Source: Elusimicrobiota bacterium
GTDB lineage: Bacteria; Elusimicrobiota; Elusimicrobia; Elusimicrobiales; UBA9959
Length of the DNA: 11,251 bases
Assembly (NCBI GenBank): GCA_027340875.1
Contig: DAIENX010000053.1
Coordinates: forward strand, 1-11,251
Reading direction: 5' to 3'
Positions 1 to 5,327 of the stretch are shown one piece after another. The notes under the pieces were generated by a model. It was not told where the DNA came from and did not search any database. It saw only the letters and a list, made by a program, of their open reading frames with translations. The position numbers were made by a program, and so were the translations under genes. Numbering within the stretch: the first letter of the stretch is position 1; each line of letters begins with the position of its first letter.

Positions 1-1
1 C

Positions 2-367
2 CGCGGCGAGCTGGCGGCCCTGGAGGCCGCCGAGGCTTCCCTGGCCGCCGGCGCCGCCGGGCCTTCGCCGGCGGCCGTCGCGGCGGTCATGGGCGCGGCC
101 CGCAGTTCCGGGCGCGGTCTGTTCTCCTTCAACTGGGGCGAGGCCCTGCTCTCCGGAGGGCTGGCCGCCGCGCTGTTCTTTATTCTCACCGTCTCCGGCC
201 ACCGGGCCGCGGACCTGGCATGGAACAACGGCCTGGACGACAAGCTCGATAACGTCGAGTACTCGGTCTATCAGGCGCAGGCGGATATCAACTCGTCCTC
301 AATGGACTGGGAATACGGCATAAGCTCCCTTGAGGACGAGACCCTGGATCTTAGTAAGAACGTTTAG
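2..367 (+). CDS. Probable transmembrane anti-sigma factor, 5'-truncated by the window edge
   Basis: The frame of ORF 89..367 is open back to position 2 (RGELAALEAAEASLAAG...PSPAAVAAVMGAAR). This resembles the helix that follows HxxxCxxC in ZAS anti-sigma factors. It is followed by one TM segment (ALLSGGLAAALFFILTV) and a short acidic C-terminal tail. The Cys/His motif itself would lie outside the window. Confidence 0.5.
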   Translation, partial: RGELAALEAAEASLAAGAAGPSPAAVAAVMGAARSSGRGLFSFNWGEALLSGGLAAALFFILTVSGHRAADLAWNNGLDDKLDNVEYSVYQAQADINSSSMDWEYGISSLEDETLDLSKNV

Positions 368-390
368 CGGCGGGGACTTCAGGAGGATAT

Positions 391-1095
391 ATGAAGAGGA
401 AATGGATACTTTGGATGATGGCTCTGGCCCTGGCGGCGGCGCCGGCGCTGGTAAGCGCTCAGAACGGGCCTGGTCCTGACGATGAGGACGAGGCCGGAAT
501 GGACATGCCTCAGCAGCCCGGCGGCCCCGGCATGGGCCCGGGCCAGGGAATGGGCATGGGGCCCGGCCAGGGAATGGGGCCGGGCGGCATGGACCGCCAG
601 ATGATGAAAGGCAGGATGATGCGCGGCGGCATGGGCGGCCCGGGCTTCATATCCGAGGAGGAGGTGCTCAAGACCATCAACAAACACGATCCGGCCTTCG
701 GCAAGAAGATGGAGCAGCTGCGCGAGGCCGCCCCCGGCAAGTACAAGATGGTCATACAGATGTCCGGCAAACTGTTCGCCGCCGCCCGTATGGAGAAGGA
801 CGAGAGCCTGGAGAAGGACGCGGTGCGCGCTCTCTCGCTGGAATTCGAGAGCAAGGAGCTCTCTATGTCCTACGGCAAGGCATCCGACTCCGAAAAGAAG
901 GAAATAAAGGCGAAGCTGAGCAAGGCGCTTTCCGAGCTCTTCGACCTAAAGAGCAAGGGTCAGGAACTGCGCGTCAAGCGCATGGAAGAGGACCTCGGCA
1001 ACCTGAAGAAGAGGCTGGAGAAGCGGAAGGCCAACAAGGACAAGATAGTGCAGCAGCGCTTGGACCAGCTTACCGGCGAAGGCTATGGCTGGTAA
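391..1095 (+). CDS. Secreted/periplasmic alpha-helical protein with a Met/Gly/Pro-rich N-terminal region (possible envelope-stress accessory protein)
   Basis: SD AGGAGG lies just upstream. Sec signal MKRKWILWMMALALAAAPALVSA, then a low-complexity GMGPGQGM segment and a charged coiled-coil C-terminal half. It directly follows the putative anti-sigma gene. Confidence 0.85.
   Translation: MKRKWILWMMALALAAAPALVSAQNGPGPDDEDEAGMDMPQQPGGPGMGPGQGMGMGPGQGMGPGGMDRQMMKGRMMRGGMGGPGFISEEEVLKTINKHDPAFGKKMEQLREAAPGKYKMVIQMSGKLFAAARMEKDESLEKDAVRALSLEFESKELSMSYGKASDSEKKEIKAKLSKALSELFDLKSKGQELRVKRMEEDLGNLKKRLEKRKANKDKIVQQRLDQLTGEGYGW
529..591 (+). repeat. In-frame 24-bp tandem repeat (2 units plus a partial) encoding GMGPGQGM
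   Basis: ggcatgggcccgggccagggaatg (529-552), ggcatggggcccggccagggaatg (553-576), then gggccgggcggcatg. Confidence 0.85.
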
Positions 1096-1171
1096 GCCGG
1101 AAGCTGTCCGAGAAAGGACAGTTTCAGCCGAAGGAAAGCCAGGACAGGCCGGTAATTGACGGTTCTGCCGC

Positions 1172-1206
1172 GGGAAGGCCCGGTCACCGGGCCTTCCCTT
1201 TTTATT
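1172..1206 (+). terminator. Rho-independent terminator
   Basis: Perfect 12-bp stem gggaaggcccgg / ccgggccttccc with loop tca, followed by tttttatt. Confidence 0.9.
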
Positions 1207-1234
1207 GCGTTGACCCAAGCGCGCATTCTATAAT
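1205..1234 (+). promoter_or_regulatory. Sigma70-type promoter for the 1268 gene
   Basis: TTGCGT (1205-1210), 18 nt, TATAAT (1229-1234). Confidence 0.65.
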
Positions 1235-1267
1235 AAGGGGGATGCTAACTCCGGAAAGGAGCGGTAT

Positions 1268-1651
1268 ATGATGTCAGGAAAGTTCGCGGGTAATGGCAAG
1301 AGAGCGCTGTTGGCGGCGGCACTGGCCTTCTGCGCCTGCAAGGAGAAACCTGCTCCGCCGCCCCAGCCCGGAACCGGGACCGCCGTTCCGCAGGCCGAAG
1401 CCCCCGCCGAGCCCGCTCAGCAGCCAGAACCGGAGCAACCGGCTATCCCCACTCTCGACGCTTCCGCGTTCGGCGTGGACCAGCCGGCCGCGCAGCCGTC
1501 TCCGGTCGCCTACCAGCCGGGCTATGGCCAAACGCAGGCCTCGCCCACCCAGGCAGCACAGCCGCAAAGCGCCCCGGTGCCGCCTGCGGACGGCAGTGGC
1601 AAGCCTGAGCCGCCGCCGATCCCGGCGGTGCACGGGCCCAATAACCCGTAG
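1268..1651 (+). CDS. Putative lipoprotein, Pro/Gln/Ala-rich and probably disordered
   Basis: SD AAAGGAG upstream. Basic N-region and hydrophobic stretch ending in the lipobox-like KRALLAAALAFCAC. The remainder is low-complexity P/Q/A sequence. Confidence 0.7.
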   Translation: MMSGKFAGNGKRALLAAALAFCACKEKPAPPPQPGTGTAVPQAEAPAEPAQQPEPEQPAIPTLDASAFGVDQPAAQPSPVAYQPGYGQTQASPTQAAQPQSAPVPPADGSGKPEPPPIPAVHGPNNP

Positions 1652-1658
1652 AACTCCG

Positions 1659-2879
1659 CTATTTTCCTGAAAGTATGTTGTTGACCAGGTAGGACGCTAC
1701 CGGGGCTCCTGCGCCCTGCTCTTCGGCCGGGAGGCCGAGGTTGTAGGAAGCTTTGCCCAGGGCCTGCCGGAGCGCGGTTTCCCCGCGCACTCCTAGCCCG
1801 GCGGCGAGAGCGGCCAGGCCCGAGACGTGCGGAGCGGCCTGCGAGGTGCCGGATATCAGGCGGAAGGACCCGCCCGGGAACGCGGAGAAGATCCGCACAC
1901 CGGGCTCTGTGAAATCTATCTCCGGCCCCCGGCTGGAGAAGGACGCGAGTTTGTTGGAGAAATCCAGGGCGGAGACGGCCACCGCGTCCTCGAAGGCCGC
2001 AGGGTAGCCTACCGGCCCGCCGTCGTTGCCGGCTGCGCAGACCACCAGTATCCCGGCCGCCCTGGCCGCTTTCACGGCTTTGCCCTGCGCGGCGGAGAAT
2101 TTTTGAGATCCGAGGCTCATGTTCATTACGTCCGGCCGCTGCGCCACGGCCCATTCCATGCCCTCTATGATCTGGGAGACCTTGCCGGTGCCGCTGCTGT
2201 TGAGCACCTTCACCGGTATTATCTTGGCCTCCGGGGCTATCCCGGCCATGCCGCTCCAGTTGAGCGCGCCGGCGATGATGCCGGAAACGTGAGTGCCGTG
2301 TCCTTTATCGTCGAAAGGTTCCGCTCCGGGGGTGATGACGTTATAGCCGGGCAGGCAGTTGGGGGCCAGGTCGGGGTGGGAACAGTCGGCGCCGGTGTCC
2401 AGCACCGCTACGCGGGCGCCGGCGCCCCTGGCCATTTTCCAGGCGCGGGTAACCTGCAGCCTTCCGGCGCTCCAGGGGAGCTTCTCTATGCGGCCTTCGG
2501 CGTTGGAGGTGGTGATGTAGGGCGGCGAGACCGGGGCCGGGGTGGAAACTTCCACTGCCGCCTGCTCGCGGGCGGCGGCGTACAGCTCCGCCTGCGCTTC
2601 TTCCAGCGTGACCGGAGCTTCGCCGGCCAGCCAGTAGATATCCTCGTCGTCCTCCGCGCTGTCGACCCCGGGGGCGCGGGAGATGTCCGCCGAACGGGGG
2701 GCGTCCGGGAATTCGGCCAGCAGGCCGTTGATGAAGGGGAAAGACCTGAGCACGCGGCCGCCCCGGCTCTCTACGGTCCGCGCCTGCTCCGCTGTCCCGA
2801 CGCCAGCGGCGAAAGTGATCATCTTCTGGCCGGCGAAGGCCTGGGGCGCAAAGGCGAGCAGCAGAGCCAGGAGTTTCAT
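1659..2879 (-). CDS. Secreted subtilisin-family (S8) serine peptidase with I9-like propeptide, paralog B (406 aa; start reassigned from 3431 to 2879)
   Basis: Signal peptide MKLLALLLAFAPQAFA. Catalytic motifs VAVLDTG, HGTHVSG, AAGN (oxyanion Asn) and GTSQAAPHV. Colinear with the neighbouring paralog from this Met onward. Confidence 0.93.
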   Translation of the reverse strand: MKLLALLLAFAPQAFAGQKMITFAAGVGTAEQARTVESRGGRVLRSFPFINGLLAEFPDAPRSADISRAPGVDSAEDDEDIYWLAGEAPVTLEEAQAELYAAAREQAAVEVSTPAPVSPPYITTSNAEGRIEKLPWSAGRLQVTRAWKMARGAGARVAVLDTGADCSHPDLAPNCLPGYNVITPGAEPFDDKGHGTHVSGIIAGALNWSGMAGIAPEAKIIPVKVLNSSGTGKVSQIIEGMEWAVAQRPDVMNMSLGSQKFSAAQGKAVKAARAAGILVVCAAGNDGGPVGYPAAFEDAVAVSALDFSNKLASFSSRGPEIDFTEPGVRIFSAFPGGSFRLISGTSQAAPHVSGLAALAAGLGVRGETALRQALGKASYNLGLPAEEQGAGAPVASYLVNNILSGK

Positions 2880-2886
2880 GGAATAG

Positions 2887-2892
2887 ATTTTA
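2887..2892 (-). promoter_or_regulatory. Candidate -10 box for leaderless transcription of subtilisin B
   Basis: Minus strand TAAAAT-ctattcc-ATG. No SD, and no recognisable -35. Confidence 0.45.
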
Positions 2893-2895
2893 CAA

Positions 2896-2933
2896 AAATA
2901 AAAAAGCCCCGCGGTCCGCCCGCGGGGCTTTTT
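2896..2933 (-). terminator. Rho-independent terminator (potentially bidirectional) between the two subtilisin genes
   Basis: Inverted repeat aaaaagccccgcgg (2901-2914) / ccgcggggcttttt (2920-2933). T-tracts on both strands, longer on the minus strand. Confidence 0.9.
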
Positions 2934-2950
2934 AGTGCCAGGCCGTCCGC

Positions 2951-4159
2951 TCAACGAACCAGCTTGAAGGCGTTCACCAGGCCGGCGCCCTGGTCGGTGG
3001 GCTTGAGGCCGGGCAGCTGGGTGGCCGCCGCCTTGAGGGCCGCGCGCACCGCGTCCGGGCCGTGGGCTCCGGCTCCTATCGCCAGAGCGGCCAGGCCGGC
3101 CACGTGCGGGCTGGCCATCGAAGTACCGGACATGCCGGTGTAGCCGCCGCCCTTCTTGCAGGAGGTTATGTTGACGCCGGGGGCTATCACGGCTATCTCC
3201 GGGCCCTTCGAGGAGAAGTTCGCCAGCTGGTCTGAGGAGTTGGAGGCCGAGACGGCTATGGCCTCCGGGTACTTGGCCGGATAGTTCACAGGGCCTGAGT
3301 CGTTGCCGGCGGCGCAGACCACGGTAACGCCGGCTTCCTTGGCCTTCTTCATCACCTGGGCGAGGGCGTCGGTGCCGGAGCGGCCGCCGAGGCTCATGTT
3401 GATGACGTCCATGTGATGCTCTATGGCCCACTCTATGCCGGCCACTATCCAGGAGTACTGGCCGGAGCCGTTCTTGTCCAGGACCTTGACCGCGTAGAGG
3501 TCTGCCTCGGGGGCTATGCCGACCACGCCCTTGCCGTCCCTGATGGCGCCAATGGTGCCGGAGACGTGGGTGCCGTGGCCGTGGTCGTCCATCGGATCGC
3601 TGGTGTTGGTCACCTCGTTATAGCCGCCCTTGTAATGGGCGGCGAGGTCGGGATGGGTATAGTCCATGCCGGTGTCGACTATCGCTACCTTGACGCCCTT
3701 GCCGGCGGTGTAGTCCCAGGCGGCGGCGGCGTTGACGCGCTTTACGCCCCAGGGTATCTCAGCCTCGGCCGGGTCGGCCTTGGGCAGTATCTCATCGAAA
3801 GCGCCGGCCCACTGCGCCTCGCCGGAGCGTATGGCGCCGAGGGCGCTCTCCACGGAGGGCAGCGGCACGGAGCTCATGGAGGCCGGAGACGACTCTATCC
3901 ACTTGATATAGCGGTCCTCGTCAACGTGCGTGACGCCGCTCAGGGTGTAGATGCTGGCGTCCTTGACGTCGTCGGGAAAGCTGGCCACCACCGCGTGCAC
4001 CAGGTGGAAGCGGCGGGTCACCTGACCGCCGAGGCTCTCGATGCTCTTATCGATGCCGCCCTTGTAGGCGGGGTCGAAGCTGACTATCTTCTGCGAGGCC
4101 TTCGCGCCGACGGCTGTTGCCATCATTATCGCGGCGGCCAGGGTCAAGAGTTTCTTCAT
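2951..4159 (-). CDS. Secreted subtilisin-family (S8) serine peptidase with I9-like propeptide, paralog A
   Basis: SD GGAGG, signal peptide MKKLLTLAAAIMMATAVGA. Motifs IPWGVKRV, VAIVDTG, HGTHVSG, AAGN and GTSMASPHV. Confidence 0.96.
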   Translation of the reverse strand: MKKLLTLAAAIMMATAVGAKASQKIVSFDPAYKGGIDKSIESLGGQVTRRFHLVHAVVASFPDDVKDASIYTLSGVTHVDEDRYIKWIESSPASMSSVPLPSVESALGAIRSGEAQWAGAFDEILPKADPAEAEIPWGVKRVNAAAAWDYTAGKGVKVAIVDTGMDYTHPDLAAHYKGGYNEVTNTSDPMDDHGHGTHVSGTIGAIRDGKGVVGIAPEADLYAVKVLDKNGSGQYSWIVAGIEWAIEHHMDVINMSLGGRSGTDALAQVMKKAKEAGVTVVCAAGNDSGPVNYPAKYPEAIAVSASNSSDQLANFSSKGPEIAVIAPGVNITSCKKGGGYTGMSGTSMASPHVAGLAALAIGAGAHGPDAVRAALKAAATQLPGLKPTDQGAGLVNAFKLVR

Positions 4160-4199
4160 TAGCTACCTCCGTGGAAAAGGGTCCGAAGGACCTAAGGGG

Positions 4200-4229
4200 A
4201 ATATAGGACTTTTGTTTGACGAGTGTCAA
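4200..4229 (-). promoter_or_regulatory. Sigma70-type promoter of subtilisin A
   Basis: Minus strand TTGACA (4229-4224), 18 nt, TATATT (4205-4200). Confidence 0.75.
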
Positions 4230-4243
4230 CTGATCTAGGTCAA
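4216..4243. promoter_or_regulatory. Two abutting 14-bp palindromic boxes overlapping the -35 (candidate operator)
   Basis: TTGAC-gagt-GTCAA (4216-4229) and CTGAT-ctag-GTCAA (4230-4243). Confidence 0.5.
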
Positions 4244-4255
4244 GTCGGTGGGTGT

Positions 4256-4301
4256 CCGGATGGGGGCGGAGGAGGCTCCGCGCCGTCCTCTGCCCGTCCG
4301 G
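4256..4301. other. Long GC-rich imperfect hairpin immediately after the stop of the 5209..4304 gene
   Basis: ccggatg/cgtccgg, ggcggagga/tcctctgcc and ggc/gcc stems. No U-tract on either side. Confidence 0.55.
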
Positions 4302-4303
4302 GA

Positions 4304-5209
4304 TTAGAACGGAGTGGTCTTTACCTTGCTGGTGTCGAACCTGCCTACCACGCCAGAGACGTCCTTATTGCCCATCAGCATGGTAAGGGTCTGCGGATTC
4401 TGCATCGCCATCTGCATCAGCTGCGGGTTGGAATTGATGATATCGGCCAGCTTGTCCGGGTCGTTCATCAGGGCTTTCGCGGCCGGTGTGTCCATCATGG
4501 CGCCTATAAGGCCGCTCGAGGCCACGGCGCTGACTATGGCGGGGTTGTTGAGGGCGGCTTTGACCACCGGATTATTGAGGAAGTCCGCCGGGCCTGGGCC
4601 CTTCAGATAATTTGCCAGGCCTTCCGGGCTGCCGGTGGCCGCTTTCACGGTGGCGCGGGACATGAAGCCGTTGACGATATATTTGTTGTTGAGCAGCGCC
4701 TTCACCGCCGCCGGGCTGCCCATCACCTTGCTGACGGCCGTGGTCAGGTAGCCTTTTTGATAGCCCATGCCGGTCTGGGCCTTCACTTTCGCCTCGTCGG
4801 GAGGCAGGGAATAATTGCCTGTCTGGCCGCCGGAGTCCTGGCGGCCGCCGCTCTGGGCGTACTTCTTTTCATTGCCGGCCGCCTGTCCTCCGGAGGACGC
4901 AGGGCGGCCGTCCTTCTGTCCGGAAGAGGTTATGGAGCCGCCGACGCCCAGTTCCTCGCCATCCTTTCCGTCGCCGCGGTACCTTACGCTGTAGCCGCTG
5001 TCCGTCAGGCCCGGGTTGTAGCCTTCGGTCTGGCTCTTCTTTATATTCCCGCTTTCCGCGTTAAAGGCGTTGTACTCATCCTTGGAAAGGTCCATGTCGC
5101 TGGAGTTGACCTTCTTCATCCAGAGTATCAGCGGTATGGCTATTATGACGTACACGGGCGTCATGTACAGCCAGATCTTCCAGCCTGCTTTCTTTTGTTC
5201 GCCTTCCAT
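4304..5209 (-). CDS. Single-pass membrane protein with a Gly/Ser-rich linker and C-terminal STI1/DP-like helical repeats (start reassigned to ATG 5209)
   Basis: N-terminal TM (IWLYMTPVYVIIAIPLILWM) and repeats such as FLNNPVVKAALNNPAIV and ALMNDPDKLADIINSNPQLMQMAMQNPQTL. The TTG at 5245 is part of the -35 box, not a start codon. Confidence 0.8.
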   Translation of the reverse strand: MEGEQKKAGWKIWLYMTPVYVIIAIPLILWMKKVNSSDMDLSKDEYNAFNAESGNIKKSQTEGYNPGLTDSGYSVRYRGDGKDGEELGVGGSITSSGQKDGRPASSGGQAAGNEKKYAQSGGRQDSGGQTGNYSLPPDEAKVKAQTGMGYQKGYLTTAVSKVMGSPAAVKALLNNKYIVNGFMSRATVKAATGSPEGLANYLKGPGPADFLNNPVVKAALNNPAIVSAVASSGLIGAMMDTPAAKALMNDPDKLADIINSNPQLMQMAMQNPQTLTMLMGNKDVSGVVGRFDTSKVKTTPF

Positions 5210-5215
5210 AAAGAT

Positions 5216-5245
5216 AATATAACACCCAAGGCGATGGTTAGTCAA
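5216..5245 (-). promoter_or_regulatory. Sigma70-type promoter with extended -10, predicting a leaderless mRNA
   Basis: Minus strand TTGACT, 18 nt, TATATT (preceded by TGt), then 6 nt and the ATG at 5209. No SD. Confidence 0.7.
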
Positions 5246-5255
5246 CAGTCCTTAA

Positions 5256-5285
5256 TTGCTTTCTCCGGCAAGATATGGCTATAAT
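5256..5285 (+). promoter_or_regulatory. Sigma70-type promoter of the glycosyltransferase, back-to-back with the divergent promoter
   Basis: TTGCTT (5256-5261), 18 nt, TATAAT (5280-5285). Confidence 0.7.
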
Positions 5286-5327
5286 TATCGATATCCATAG
5301 CCGGCCTTAAAAGCCGGCTGGGTCGCT

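Noticed and set aside
365..394. TAG read-through of the anti-sigma gene to a TGA overlapping the next ATG
   Set aside because: TAG serves as an ordinary stop elsewhere in the window (1651, 1659, 10414), and there is no recoding signal. The in-frame arrangement has a 1-in-3 chance.
529..591. Tandem repeat considered as a CRISPR array or contingency locus
   Set aside because: No spacers. The units are in-frame, differ at synonymous positions and encode a peptide repeat.
1096..1170. Glycine, cobalamin or c-di-GMP riboswitch suggested by GCCGAAGG and AAGCCAGGA
   Set aside because: The other conserved core elements are missing, and the element lies 3' of a gene, before a terminator and a fresh promoter.
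2880..3431. 184-aa N-terminal extension of the 590-aa ORF, or a possible frameshift fusion of the two subtilisins
   Set aside because: It is an Arg/Gly/Pro-rich off-frame reading of subtilisin A that crosses a terminator. Such frames stay open in high-GC3 genes. A clean signal peptide starts at 2879.
4203..4229. CIRCE-like (HrcA) element TTGACACTC-N9-AAGTCCTAT on the minus strand
   Set aside because: Only 7/9 and 6/9 matches, partly explained by the -35 and -10 boxes. Functional CIRCE sites are usually near-perfect.
1827..5284. Long + strand ORFs 1827..3143, 3413..4162 and 4223..5284
   Set aside because: Antisense shadows of well-supported minus-strand genes, with no motifs. Expected from GC-biased codon usage.
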